DNA of 64,000 nt. Origin: Paragordius varius. Taxonomy: Eukaryota > Animalia > Nematomorpha. The stretch lies in NCBI GenBank assembly GCA_964247055.1, contig OZ176051.1, forward strand, positions 14,570,001 through 14,634,000. The letters are read 5' to 3'. The notes below the pieces were generated by a model. It saw nothing but the letters and a program-made list of their open reading frames with translations. It searched no databases and was not told where the DNA came from. Position 1 is the stretch's first letter; each line of letters starts with the position of its first letter. This document shows positions 40,235 to 55,115 of this stretch, piece after piece. The position numbers and the translations under genes are program-made.

Positions 40235-43200
40235 AATAAAGGTTGTTTGTTCTTTATTAAATATTGCCATATAGCATATCAGCAAAGATTTTACCTATAA
40301 AAGAGTAACAATAAAAGGAAAATTACATTATGCTAAATGTCCTATCTGACAATAATTAATAAAAATCTAACAATAAAAAATTTCCAAATAATTACTCATA
40401 AATTCATATGTAGTAACCTAATTGATCTGTAAATCACGAAATATAAATTTATATGGTTGAAATATTTGCATTAGATATGTAAGTTCTATAGTATTGCGAT
40501 GCGGAATATGAAATGCTCTTATTTTCATCATTTTTACAAAATCAGAGTTAGAAAAATTTATGGTTATTAGCCGGAGATTCATAAAACATATATAAAAAAA
40601 TAAATTTTACCTCCACCAGCAATACCTATGATAAGAAAAAAATGCATTATATAAAATTTCTAAATATATTCAACATATATGCATATAACACATATCAGCT
40701 GCAATTTTTCCATGGGTCCATGTTGTTTCGATTCTTTGATTACCTATTGGTGTGCCACTTTGATGGTTATAATATACATGTGGTGAGGAGGCTACTGCTT
40801 TTATAACAAAATTAAAGTAATAAATGAACATTTTTCTCGTACATTTAAATGGTTACAGCTTTAGGTTTGTTCTTCGGCCTTTTTGTTGCATTTAAACCTT
40901 AAAGTTTAATCAATAAAGACAAAACTCAAAAACTAATTGACAAATATCTTTTAAAGTGAAACGATCAAAAAATATAATTTTTTCAAATATTAGTCATTGT
41001 TTTATGTTGTAGATATGTTATTTGTATTCCCATATGATTTATGTCGGAAAAATAAAGAATACAAAAGTATGGTTGTCTTAAGACAAAATACTTGTGTTTT
41101 TGTTTTACATTTTGTCATTAAGATTGCAATTTTCGCTGTAAAGAATTGGATTATCAAAATTATATTCATAAGGAAAGTGGTAATTAATTTATTTTGATTA
41201 TCGTTAAATACCTCGATTAATAGCAGATGATATATTATTTTTCGTGACACGATTTATTGATATATTCAAAATTGGGATTCGGTCTAAAAAAAAGGGTTTA
41301 AATATATATGATTAGGATATTAGAACTTTTCGAAGTTAGGATTAATATTTTAATTGTATTTAGTAAAAAAATATTATGATATAACCTAATGTTTATATAT
41401 ATATATATATATATATATTTTAATAAATGTACAGCCTAAAATGGAACTTTAATCATTTTCTTTAAAAAATTTATCTTTATACCATTTCACAACAAATTAA
41501 TAATGAGATATGCTTAATACCAATTATCTTAAATTAATTTTTATAGTAAAAGCAGATTTAGAACTTCACACATAAAAAATTTCATTTTTATTTCTAGGAT
41601 ATGGATATAAATTGTAACCTTTTATATAAATGTTACCTAAAATTATAGGTTTTGTGTGCTGTTTAATTTATAAAAATTAATAATATATATACAATTTTCT
41701 CTTTTAAGGATCAGAGATTTTATAAAGAATTTGTGTGGTAAATAGATAGAATCTTTTAGTATTAGATTAATTTGTCAAATCATGCTCTCAATAAATAATA
41801 ATGAATTTTGCTATATTTCTTTTTTATTATCATTGGCATTTTATAGAAAAGAAGTTTAAAATTAAGATCTTTGAATTACCGTTTATCATTATACTTTCTT
41901 AAATTGAAGTCTGACTATTATTTTAACCGTCTTGAAAACAACGTTAAAAATCTCTGTTAAAAACCAAGATTAAACAATAGATAAAATGATATAGAATAAT
42001 ATAATTAAATATTATGAAAAAATTAAGGGGTTTAAATATTTTTTATTATTCAGAAAAGCCGTTTATTTTGAGATAAAATTGTTAAAACAGAGTTTTAAAA
42101 AACAGTCATTATACTCGACAAACTATATCAATAAATTTAATATTTTTGACGTTAAAAATAAATTTATATCATAACGATTTTTTTATTTTTTAAATTAAAA
42201 ATCTACATCCTGAAAAATTTATGGCATTGAACACAACTGTTTGTATGTTGAAGTTATCAACATGATAAATTTAAATAATCAACCTGATATAGAAAGAGGC
42301 TTTATGATATCCACTATCTTGGTGTCTTGTGACGGTTCTATAAAAACAACATTTGATAAATTACAGATGTATTTCTATATAGAGCCATGATACCCAAACC
42401 GCGGCCCTAAAAATCCCTTTTGGGGCCCGAATAAAAATTATCTCATTTTAGAATTTTAGAATTATTAATTCAAATATTTTAATTGCAATCGATATTTATT
42501 TGTTTTGCATATAAATTCCTTTTGATTTGGTAATTTCCCAATTATAAATTTTATTTTATAAGTTCTTAAATTATGTCTCGCTTTTTTTCTTATTTGTTGA
42601 AACATTTATCGTTCATAGTGATCCTAATTTGGAATAATATTTAAAGGACGCAAAGAACAGAGCGCAATGAGTTTAGTAAGATGTGCCCCAAATAATAAAA
42701 TGTTTTATGTTTTGTCTCAACTTATATCGAGGCAAATTTAAAAATGTTAAAAGAAACAAAGTTATGACATTAGATTTGCCTGATATGATAACCAGATTTG
42801 TGAAAAATTATTGAATATATTAAAATTATTCATTTAAGAAGTTATAATTATCAAAATATTTGTTTATAACCCCAAATAAATCTTCGCGTTTTGATTTGAT
42901 TTATAATTGTTTGCATATGAAGTATTTATTTGTCGGTAGTATATTATAACCATGGAAACAAAAAAATCATTAATTCAACCAGTCAAATTTTTTTTGACTA
43001 TTACTGATATATGTATTATTGAATCTGGTAAACTATTAATTCAATTAAATCAAGGCTCTTTTTTTTAATTACCCCTGATAATATATTTTTTAGGTCAATT
43101 TCGTACTTTGTAATATTTGACAAATCATATAAAAAATAAAAGATTATTTTGATTATCATTTCATGCAATATAACCTTTTAACTAATTCCAAAATATTACC

Positions 43201-43728
43201 AATTATATATATAGAATCAATCCAATTAAATTATTATCTACTTTCAACTATTTTTTTCATTTATAAACATTTTATCAAATCATTTTAATCAAACCCGAAA
43301 CAATTTGTTTAGACGTTTTTATTAATTTAAAATTAATCTGAAATTTTGTTCAGTTTTGTAAATACATTATGCACTGAGTGGTCCTATACGCTGTAAGTAT
43401 AAGTTACTTAATAGTTGATCTAACATTTTAGTTTCGCTGATAAGTCCTTTTATTTAACCGAATGCCATTTGTTAATTTAAAATATTTTATATATTTTTAG
43501 TTATTATTTAAATATTTTGAATCTATTAAGCTACATGCTGTTAAAAATATTGGGTTATTGAAGGAAATTTCCCATTTATTATTAAAAATGTTTAGTAAAA
43601 ACTCAAAATTTTACGGACAAAATGTGTAAATATAAAGAAATATATTTTTTTCTAAAAGACAACCATACTTTTGAATCTAGATTTATATCAATTAACTTAT
43701 TGTTTTAAATGGCAAAGTGAGCCATATA

Positions 43729-45119
43729 ATGGAAAATGCTGGCTTTGTGATCTGTTTCCGGAAAACCTGTGAACCCAATCAAATCCAAATATCAAAAAAA
43801 TATAATCGTTAATGAATTCCCCGACAATAGCTTCGCCCTTTTTTTGAAATAGGCCCCCAGTTCGGGCCCACCCCGTGTAAAAAACGGGTTTTTTTTGAAA
43901 ACAGAAGTCTACAAAAATCGTGTCTTTGAGACAATTTTCTGGAAAACGTGTTGTACCATTCAATTTCAAATATGATTTTTGTTTACTTATTATTGCGCCG
44001 AACATAGTCGTCTCGCCTTTTTGATTTAGGTCCTCTTTTTACCCGCTACCCCCGTAAATTGCCATTTTTTCCAAAAATAAACAAAGTCCACAAAAATAAT
44101 TTTTTGATTGTATTTTTTGCCCAAGGTATGAGACTGCAAAAATTCAATAAGGATTTTTCGTTCACTGTTAAAAGGCAAAATTTTAGTCAAGCGTTTCTTT
44201 GATGATAACTGCTGGGTAAGGAGCTACCCGCTAAAAACTGATTCCTCATGTAACTTTGTGATCTGTTTCCGGAAAACCGGTGAACCCAATCAAATCCAAA
44301 TATCGAAAAAAATAATCATTAATGAATGCTCGGACAATAGCTTCGCCTTTTACTTAAATAGGCCCCCAGTTCGGACCTACCCCGTGTGAAAAACAGGTTG
44401 AGACAATTTTCCGGAGAACGTGTTGCACCTCGTCAATTTCAAATATGATTTTTGTTTACTTATTTTTGATCGCGCCGAACATAGTCGACTCACTTTTTTG
44501 ATTTAGGCCCTCTTTTTACCCGCTACCCCCGTAAAATGTCAATTTTTTCAAAAAAAAACAAAGTCCACAAAAATAATTTTTTGATTGTATTTTTTTGCCC
44601 AAGGTATGAGACTGTAAAAATTCAATAAGAATTTTTCGTATTCCCTGTTAAAAGGCAAAAATTTTAGTCAAACGTTTCTTTGATTATAGCTGCTGAGTAA
44701 GGAGTATCTATCATATGTATAGGATGTTAAAAAATATATGGATAATAAAACATTATTTATGGTAATCTATATATTTATAAAAATGGAAAATGCTGGCTTT
44801 GTGAATTGGTACCGGAAAACCGGTAGACCCATTTAAATCCAAATATCGAAAAAGTATAATCATTTATGAATGCCCCGACAATAGCTTCGCCCTTTTGTTG
44901 AAATAGGCCCCCAGTTCGGGCCCACCCCGTGTGAAAAACGGTTTTTTTTGAAAACAGAAGTCCACAAAAATCGTGTCTTTGAGACAATTTTCCGGAGAAC
45001 GTGTTGGACCATTCAATTTCATATGATTTTTGTTTACTTATTTTCGATTGCGCCCCCCCTCCCCCCAAGAAGTTCGAAGGACTTCCTCGGGTTGCGTAGT
45101 AGCACGAGATTTGCGCTAG
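43729..45119 (+). mobile_element. Head-to-tail cluster of the same Helitron family (two partial copies plus one internally deleted copy with both termini)
   Basis: Homology to the reverse complement of about 3060-3570 recurs from about 43729, 44253 and 44766. Copy 44766-45119 begins A|TC and ends CTAG|T with the same hairpin. Confidence 0.8.
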
Positions 45120-48100
45120 TAGAGATATATAATAGTAACACAATCAATTTTATATTTTACAATTATATAACAGCTTATATGAGAAACATTAAGGTTTTAA
45201 ATGTATGGTTGTCTTTTAGAAAAAATATTTGTCCTAAAATATTTTCCTTTGTCCGTATATCAATTTTTACTATAAATAAGATTTCTATATGAATGTTAAA
45301 TAAAAATATAGGATAAAAATAGATTAATGCGTAGAGTTGTACTATTTAAATAGTGATTGACTTAAAATGTTCTAATAAAGTGTAAATTAATTACATATGA
45401 AAAATTCAATAATTTTTGATTTTAAGCATAATTTAAATAGAGAACCTAGGGTTATTTTTAATTTTTTACGCAAATAGGATTTACCTAATTATTTATATAA
45501 ATTAAGCCTTAAAAACTGTTTTTGATTGTTATAATAATCTTTGTTGAAAAGAGAATGCATTTTATTTAAAAAGTGATTTAGAATAAAAAACAAATTATTG
45601 AATATACCAAATAAAATTCTGAAATGTAGATCGGTATCCGTTTCGTTTTCTAAAATAGTTATCAATGAAATATAATAGATAAATATGAAAATGACACATA
45701 AAATTTTCAGTCAATTTAGAAATTTTTGTGTCATTTTCTATAACTAATTAAGGGCTAGGGAGATCAGCTTAAATCCTATTACATTTTAAACCTAGTGATA
45801 TAGACTGTTGAAAAAACAAAATAATATTAAGGATATGGAAGTCGTCGATTATAAATGTTCCTGTCCTAATTGCAAAGAGATACCGACATTACATTCTGTA
45901 CAAAATATAAAGATAATTGAAATCTATAAGTTTGGTTTTAGCTTCAATATCTGATATGCGTGCAATAACAAAATTTCTTCCCCTTTATTCATACAGTGTA
46001 TACATTGGTTTTACAATATGGTCAATTAATATACTAGCATATGGATAAAAAAGATAAAATGGTTAAATTTGAGTTTTTTTACTGGATTACAACATTAAAT
46101 ATTAATTTGTTTCATATCGTACGTTACTTTATTACCAATGGACCAATATTATTGTGCATAATAAATGGTTAACATTTCTTAGCATTTGAATTTTTTTAAA
46201 TAGCGATAATAATAAAAAATTATATATCTAATCGAAAAATTTGCTTTCTATGACCTTAAAGCGCTATATATGAAAAAATATTTATAAAAAAATTGGAATT
46301 GTTAGAAATCGATTTTTTACATTTTTAACCCCAAAATGTTTGTGTGCAATATTCTCTAAAAAATTATCCTAAAAAAGGGTGTAATATGTAAGTAAATTAT
46401 ATATCTGTGATTTTTAAATTTTTGATACTATAACATAATATCACACTTTAATTAAATATATTTAAGTATATATTTACAAATTTAAGCTCTCATTTAAAAA
46501 TAACCCTAAAATGTGTTACATAAATTCAAAGGCGATTGAAATGTTCAAATGTTTAAGAATGAAATAAAACCATATTCGACTCAAAAATTTGATAATTTTA
46601 TTGCATATAAACAGCACATATCATGAAATATATTTATGGTGTTTATTTTTTATCCTTTTCTGAGCCGATTTATTAATGGCTGAATTGAACATATTGTTAG
46701 TAAAAAGAAAATTGATTTTACAATTAGTTTATTTTCCTCAAATATTATTTCATTTTAATACTTGAGTATGTTATATGTTCTTTTGTGCCATCCGTTATAT
46801 TAGTTGCTAGTTTTTTATATAATAACATTTATTAAATTCCATGACATTAATTTAATATTGAAGTTAACACAAAGCGATAATAAAACCGTTTTTCAATAGA
46901 AATCGAAAACTAGTTTCATCCTTAAATTTAGTATTTAGAATTTAATTTTGTTTGTGCAAACCATTCCATTATAAAATTAAACAATACAAGTTAACATGGA
47001 TATCAGAAAAACTAATCTTATAAAGCCTATATTTATGTTATTTCTGTTTAATTTTCCTTTATTACAATTTCAGACAAAGCGTAAATACATAAAGTCAAAT
47101 ATTTTTTTTCAAAAGACAACCATACTTTTCTTAACCTTCATTTTTTCTATATAAATTATTAAATAATAATATAATTAAATAGGTTATCTATTTATCTCTA
47201 TCATATATCCAAAAAGTACAAGGGTCTTTTGAAGAAAAAATTATCAATTTTATATTTATTTCCGACTATCAATAAATTGGATTTTGGTAGCAGTAAATTT
47301 CCGTATGTAACTTAGAATATATAATATAGATATATGTGGTATTAGTTAAATTTTGTGAGAGCTTTAAAAGATAATCATTATAATCAGTTTTAAATATTTT
47401 ACATTTATAATATCAAAAATATTAGGTTTTAGTCATAACCATATCCTTATTCAAGTTGTGCCTTGTTGTACTCAGACCCTCTGAATGGCCACGAGCAGTC
47501 AAATATTTTTATCGTATACTAAGTGATCAAAGCATAAAACTAGACTAAATAATTATTGAGAAAAGTTCAACATATCGTTTTTAACTAAATTTTAGATATT
47601 AAAGCTAAAAATATTAATAAACTCATTTACCAATTCTTACAAACTGGTCCGAAATGAATACTATATATAAAGGAAATTATTCATACGTGTGATGTATGAG
47701 TTATCATTTGCCATATCTATAAGTAATAAATATAAGTATGATGCCAAATTTAAGGTACAAATATTATTGTAGATTACGGTTTTTTTGAATATAAAACACC
47801 ACAGCAGAATCCGAAATTCGGAAGTCAGGATGAATAAAAATGAAATTAAAAAAATCAATCAGTGATATATTAAAAAAATCAATTTTATTGGATATTAAAG
47901 TGAAAAAGCGTAAATAAAATTTTTAAAATAAAATCAGCAGTTGTAAAATATCATAAAAAATTTTTGTTGTTTAGCATGTGTCAACCTGGATTCGAGATAT
48001 GGAGTTATGCATTTGTAAAATTAATAGTAAAATAAGCAAACTATACAATTTATTACATCTTTTGGTATAATTAAATTAAATAGTAGATATGTTTAGGATC

Positions 48101-48206
48101 CCCAAACACAATCTGTGTTTTATTATTATTCATTGTTTGCTTTAGCCATTATTTTATAACAAAAGTGAAACATCTAAATGTTGCATTTTATTTAATATAT
48201 CTAAAG

Positions 48207-48475
48207 CAGGGATGTTCAACACGCAGCCCACGGGTCGCATAGACTCTGCGTGACTTTATGGGCCGCCCGTGAATTTAAAAATCCGTAATTATAAAAATAT
48301 ATTCAAAAAATATTAATAAAACATATATTAGTTAAACAAATTTTATAAATAAGTATATTTAATTGGCAAAATTGCTATATTGTGTTGCATTTTACAGTCA
48401 TATTTTTGAAATCTAATAAAATGTCCATATATATTAGGAATGCGGCCCTCGAAACCATTGTGTTGGACATCACTG
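48207..48475. mobile_element. Charlie/Buster-type hAT MITE
   Basis: TIR CAGGGATGTTCAACAC / GTGTTGGACATCACTG; perfect 8-bp TSD ATCTAAAG at 48199-48206 and 48476-48483; termini match the 28225 element. Confidence 0.88.
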
Positions 48476-49249
48476 ATCTAAAGTGAACCTATTTTTTATC
48501 CTCTGAATGAGCAGTTTGATAACTATCTTTCGTATACCCATCCTTATAAATATAACTGTGCATATCACGTACAAATTATGGCTTAGATATTAAAAATAAT
48601 ATACCACTCATTCCACTGCTATATAGTTTAAAATAAAATGTGAAACAATAAAATTATTTCAAATCATAATATTTTAGGTTAGAGATGTGCCACACGCAGC
48701 CCTTTATTACCTTATGTGGGGCCGGCAAAACATTTGTAAGAAATTCTATAATTTACAATATGCTCACAAAACCTCAAATGGTAAATTGAAATTTTTTAGC
48801 AAATTTGTTTTTGAATAAGTCCATCCATTTGAATAAGAAACAATTTATGAAATATATATCAATTCTGTTGCACTTTGAATACAATCATAAGTTTAATATC
48901 TTATGAAATATTCATAAATACCCATTATATTTAATGCGACCAGGGTCCTTGCTTAAAATATGAACCGTATTTTAAAAAAAACCATTTTTTGTGTGTCGAA
49001 GGGGAATGGGGCCTTATAAGGTTTGAAAAATTAATTAAATGCTTTTTTAAGTATTCCTAAATTTCTTAAATGTCAAATTTTAAATATTATATTGCTATAA
49101 GCTATCGATGTTTTACTTAAGCGTATGTGTACACTGTGTCCACAAAAAATAACATGTTGAAATATATGTGAGAGGAGAATGTATCAGAGTTATGATGTTT
49201 TTAGTTTTGACCCGTATGAAGATATATGTATATACTTTTGTGGTAAGTG

Positions 49250-49880
49250 TTCCATATCAGAAGATGGCTTTCAATAAAACTTTTTTGGTGAAAGCTAATT
49301 GCTTCATTCCAAATAATATTACTAAATATATCATAGAATACCTATAAAAAATATTTTTAAAAAAGTAAATTCTTAGATATGGGCTCCGAAAATCCCAGAT
49401 TTGCTCTTATAAATTGGGCATGGTTTTCTTAAAATAAACGCTGCCTGAATTCCGATAAAAATTATAGTATGCTAATTTTTGATACAAACTATGAATATTT
49501 TTATAATGCTTAAATTTGATCGTTACCATAACTTTATTTAAACGTACTTCAAACTAATTTGAAGCATGATTATGAGTAAGCTTTAAAATTTTGCTAAAAA
49601 CTAAATTTTAAAAAATCATTTTTCAAAAATATTTTTAGTTGATATAGCATATATCTATTTTATAGGGCGAATTCGGCATTTTAGCGTTTATTTTGAGAAA
49701 AACAGCCCATTTTTGAAGAGCGACAAAATTTGGGACTTTCGGGAATAAATTTTTAAAAAAATATTGTTTTGCTTTTCATAGGTAGTTTATGATATATTTT
49801 AGTAATACTTTTTGGAATGAAGCATTTAGTATCCCCAAAACAATTTTATTTAAAAAATGCGCGCAAATTTTGCCATGATC
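49250..49880. mobile_element. Long-TIR non-autonomous element; second copy at about 34150-34870
   Basis: About 100-bp inverted arms (GCTTCATTCCAAA / TTTGGAATGAAGC core) present at both loci; boundaries approximate. Confidence 0.55.
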
Positions 49881-51014
49881 TGATATAGAGCACCTACCAC
49901 AAAAGGGTAATAACTTATCACTCGTAAGTTCCAAAACTAAATCATGATAATCTTGATACATTCTATCAAAAATATATATAGAGTAACAACTGAAATTATA
50001 CGGACAAAATGTAAAAATATAAAGACATATTTTTTCAAAAAGACAACCATACTTAATAGATTTATAACAATATAACTCATTTTTTCAATGGCAAGTAAGA
50101 ATAGATATATAACACTAACACAATCAATTTCATATTTTACAATTGTAACTAAGTAGCTTATATAGGAAAAAATAAGGCTTTAAATAGTATAGTTGTCCCT
50201 TATAAAAATATATTTATCTTTGCATTTTTACCTTTTATCCGTTTATTAATTTTTACTGTATTCATCAGGTTATTTTTATACCCCACGATTTCGGAGTCAG
50301 TAAATATATAAATATATATATATATATATTTATAATAACCGCAAAAATGAAAAAATAAATTACCGGCACAAAGAAAAAATTCCAATAATTAAAAACATGT
50401 TTATGGTATATTCTATTGCAGAAATAAAAAAAGTATAGATAAAAATTTTAAATTTATTTATACAAAATTTATATTATAGTGTTGTTAAAAATATAAAAAT
50501 ATATTAAAAGTATTTTTGAAATATTTCCATCTTTGAATTGGGAGGTCAACATAATGCATTTTTTGTAATAATCTATAAATTACTGTAAAAAATAAACCTT
50601 TGATAAAATAAAGATTTAATATATATTTAGCAAAACTATGCTATTAACCTGGTACATATATTTTAGCATTAGAAATTAGCTGTTTAAATAATAAAGTAAA
50701 TATTAAAAATGACAAAAAAATTATTTTAGAAAACAACCATACTTTTGAAATTTTGATTTTTTTACAGTATATAATTTTATTTTTAATATAGGGAAATAAG
50801 TTATTAACAATCCATTCTAAGCCGTGTTTTGCAAACTAAAACGATGTTAAGAATTTATAAACAAGTTGAAAAATATATGATTGTCCTTAAAAAACTTGCC
50901 CTTTAATTGATATGATTTGTCTGTAAAATTGATTTTTTTCATTAGCTGTCCACGCCCTATGATATATTGAATGCGAAAATATGGTCATTTCATATTATAA
51001 ACAGTGCAAAAAAT

Positions 51015-51050
<36 letters not shown>

Positions 51051-51589
51051 TTTTTAACCAAAAAAAAGTTGATTTTATCTATACCTTATACGTTTAAGAT
51101 TTAATTTAAAGTAAAAAAATCAAAATACTGACAAAACGTCAAAATTATTACACAAATATTCATGAAAACACATAACCTTGTTTTTTCCTTAACTAATTAG
51201 GTAAAATTATTACACAAATATTTTTTGAAAATACATAACCTTGTTTTTTCCTTAACTAACTATATAAACAAATTTAATTAATTTGAGTCTTTTCAATTTA
51301 CATCTATATTAACCATTTTGCAACCCAAACCGATGATTTATATATATTATGGTTTACAGTTGTTAATGTAATAGCAACGGGTTGAGCAAAAATGGTGTTG
51401 TGATTTAAAAATTTTGACATAATCTATGCAAGTAATATAATTAGTTTTATATGCTTAGCAATAAAAAGAATTGGAATTGAACTTGCCATCTTATAGATGC
51501 AAATCAAGTATATTTGTATATGTAACATAACATAAAAATACTATTGCGTTGTGAACTTATTATCTGTGGTGCAATATGAAAGGTGAAAA

Positions 51590-52620
51590 GCATCAAAACA
51601 TCATCCAATCTAATTTGCATCTTATTGTGTTTTAGGTTTACATTTAAACATTTTATCCATAAAATGTGTGTTTCACTATTACATTACTATTCCCCTAGGT
51701 TAGCCCATCGGGACGACGTTTGCGCAAAGGGTTTGCGGGTTTTTCACTACAACACTATGACTAAAGGTACTTTCAGAGGTGGGATTGCGTTGTGTTTCCA
51801 GAAGTTTCTGGAATAAAGGTGTGGTCAACTGTAGATTGTGGCTGGTTCATTTGAAGAAATATTATTTTCCCCGGATGCGTATCAGCGTCTCAATCGAAAT
51901 GTTCCAATCTTCGTAGCTTATCCGCGTGTTTTCTGCTGATTAGCTTTCTTGACTTCGTAAGATAGAAGTTCTCTTTTTTCTATGATATGCCCCTGCCCTA
52001 ACTCCTTATTCGACTCATTTTTTATTATAGACAGGTTGATAGGGTCGAAATTCGTAACACGGTTCTACTTGTTCTATAAATACGACCTCCGAATTTACCC
52101 ACGAGATAGGGATGATCCCTTGATTAAAAACAAAGGCGAATGATTTTCTTTTAACGACGCATGCAAACTCGTTCTGTAAGAATATAAAATACCTTCATAT
52201 ATGAATTGAGTCGGATTTAGTGGAGTAATATTTACTTTTTAAGGTTTTTATCCTCTTTCTACAACCAGTTAGTCTGTGGATGATAGGCTGCGGCGCGGAT
52301 TTGCTTTATATTGAATATTTGACACCAATCAAGTTGTTTGCGATAGCTTTAGTTACGATCTGACGAGGAAGTTCAAATGTAATCTATTTTTCTAGGCAAT
52401 ATAGAATACCCTTAGTCAAAATCACTGTGGCCATATCCGCCTTTTCAATAGTTACCAACCAGTTGTAACCGTCGGTTGGGCCAATGAAGCCGCTCCATGT
52501 CAGCGTATTAAAATCACACCATTACATGCTTCGCAATTCTTTACCCATAGATTGAGATCGTTCTCTATGTCGGTCCAAAACGAACTGCGGCCTTGGAATC
52601 CAATTATGTCCTAGTAAGAG
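51590..52620. mobile_element. Probable old retroelement remnant
   Basis: About 1 kb GC-elevated block with sharp edges and no intact frame; no diagnostic motif recognised. Confidence 0.3.
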
Positions 52621-52904
52621 TGTTAAAATCGTTTGCATATTATAAACAGAATCAATTTGCTTGTTTAAACAAAAGTATTTGCCTATATACTTTTACGCTT
52701 GTTACGCTTTATGTATAACAATATTTACTGTAAGGCTGAAGATAAATTTCTTAATTGACTCAACTAAGCACAAAACATCTAGATAGATTTTAAAAATATA
52801 AATCTTTTAGATAATTCAGAAATTTATGGTAAAAAATGCCATCCTTACATTGAAGATTATTTTTTTAGCCATTGTAATTAAAACACAGTACTTCCTGAAG
52901 TATA

Positions 52905-53524
52905 CCTTATGCACTTCAAAAGTGTCTTTAAACACTTCTTAACATTTCAAGTTGATCCTAGAACAGTTCAAGTTGGTCTTTGAACAGTTCAAGTTGGTCC
53001 TTGAACATTTCAAGTTGGTCCTTTGAATTTTTTGTTTTGTTTTTAACTTTTATCAATCAAATCGTATATCATTCATCTATTTTATTGTTTTTAACCTATT
53101 TCCCATTTTTTATCATTAATTTCAAATCAATAACTTTTAACATTCAGCGTATATCTTTATTGATTTCTTAATATTATTTTGGATATTTAAAATATTTTAA
53201 AACGAAATGAAAAAAATATAAGTTTTCTGGGTTATTAATAACAATTTTCCATTAAACACATTTTAAAGTTGATATTTTTGTTGAATTGAGAAAAAACGTT
53301 TTAATCAAAAAAGTGGTTTTTCATTCAAAGATTTTATTTTTAAATGAATAAATATAAAATAAATAAATTACGTTACTAAATAATAAAATAAAACAATAAA
53401 TGCAAAAATTATGTTAAATTAAATCATTAAAAATTTTAAGGACCAACTTGAAGTATTCAAAAACCAACTTGAATGTTCAAGGACTATCTTGAAGTGTTCA
53501 AGGGCACTCTTGAAGTGCAAATGG
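52905..53524. mobile_element. Same GGTCC-unit MITE subfamily
   Basis: Same arms and core as 27234-27887. Confidence 0.8.
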
Positions 53525-54513
53525 TATGTTAGGTAGCGTAATGCAATTCAAAAATTTGCTTAGAGCGTTTACGACGTTTTAATGTAAGACTCAAATTACT
53601 TTATGCCCGCTGGATACATAATGAACAAGGCAAACACTGTCAGTTAGGAACGAATATTATACATAAACATCTTTACTTTTCAGATACATTGTTGGTGAAA
53701 GGCAAAGCGATATCTTAAATCCCAGAACAATTAGTTTACTAAAATTACCACATATTTATTTAAGTATTAGCTAGGGTAACGCCATCTTTATATTAGTTTA
53801 AACTTATGTTGGAGATGTTATTATCCTTAAACTATCAATGCTACTAGAGTGACAATACTTCCCTTGATATTCTATGACGGTCCAAGTCCATAATTTTTCT
53901 GACTCGCTTATTATTGCAAATGCTTATTATATATTGAAATCTAAATTTTAATTGGTAAAGGGCGAAAAATAATATTTAAATCATCCGCATATCGTAATCA
54001 ACTATATATTATAAAAATCATTTCTGTATATAACATACCATTTTTATCAAGGCTTAATAGAAAAAACAAATATCGGAAAACATCATTCATTAAACTATGA
54101 TATTTAATTATCATGGGTAAAATGCAATCAATAAAAACTTTTGTATACGATTTTTTTGCTGAATTTGTTGGCCAATCAACAAATAAATATATTATGAATG
54201 TTTTCACCAATCATATTATTTTATTGGAAAATTTAAGCATGTGATACATAGTAATGTATTCGTAATTATGCAGACAAAATTTAATAAAAAGACGAAATGT
54301 TTTTAGAATAAATGTATATTTTTTGCGACAAATAAATGGATGTCTGTTAACACTCCAAATTATATATCAAGTTGTATAGAAAATATTAAGTTTAGAGAAA
54401 ATAGGGTTTTTTTTATAAAATATGTCCTTAAATTTTAAGTTTTGTCCGTATATTTCATATTTAATTTAAGTGTTTCATTTATTCAGTATGATTTATAGAG
54501 AATTTCTTTATAT

Positions 54514-55115
54514 CAGTGATTTCCAACCTTTTTGTTCACACTCACAAATTGTAAAATAGCGCAAACCCCTTTCGTTACAAAAACACAAAGATAAAAATAT
54601 AATATTTATTGTAATTCCATAATCTTAATCAAAGATCCTTGTCGCAATTGTTTAAATTTTTCCATATCGTTGATAAAAATTGATATTCACCTGATCTTCA
54701 TTATCCGTCATCTCTTTATTTTTTGATTAAATCAAGGCTGAGAATCCATACGTTGATCCGAAAAATATCAAAATAATATTTAGATACACAAGTGTGTATT
54801 TGTATGAAAACGAGATGGGCAAGAGCAAGAAATAATATTTTGTATTGCATCATACTTTATAAATCCATTCTTATAATTTAGTATTTTCATCTTTTTATTT
54901 ATTTTTTATATTATTATATTTAAGAATCAGTAAATAAGATAATTAAAATCAATATGTGTCAATGAAACACTCTAGATCACTTCTCAATACTGAAATTTAT
55001 TTTAAAATACCCCAATTAAATAATAGTAACCATTATGATGATTAACATTAACTGGTTTCTCTAAATATTTCGCCCCCCACCTTTGATTTTCTAGGTCCCC
55101 TTTTGGAAACTACAG
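54514..55115. mobile_element. Degenerate hAT MITE
   Basis: Starts CAGTGATTTCCAAC and ends TTGGAAACTACAG; flanks CTTTATAT / CTGTATAG (6/8). Confidence 0.55.

Noticed and set aside
45830-48030. Isolated coding-looking blocks (MEVVDYKCSCPNCKE near 45835; blocks near 47450-47520 and 47985-48020)
   Set aside because: No consistent frame, phase or strand links them; indistinguishable from chance or old TE debris without expression data.
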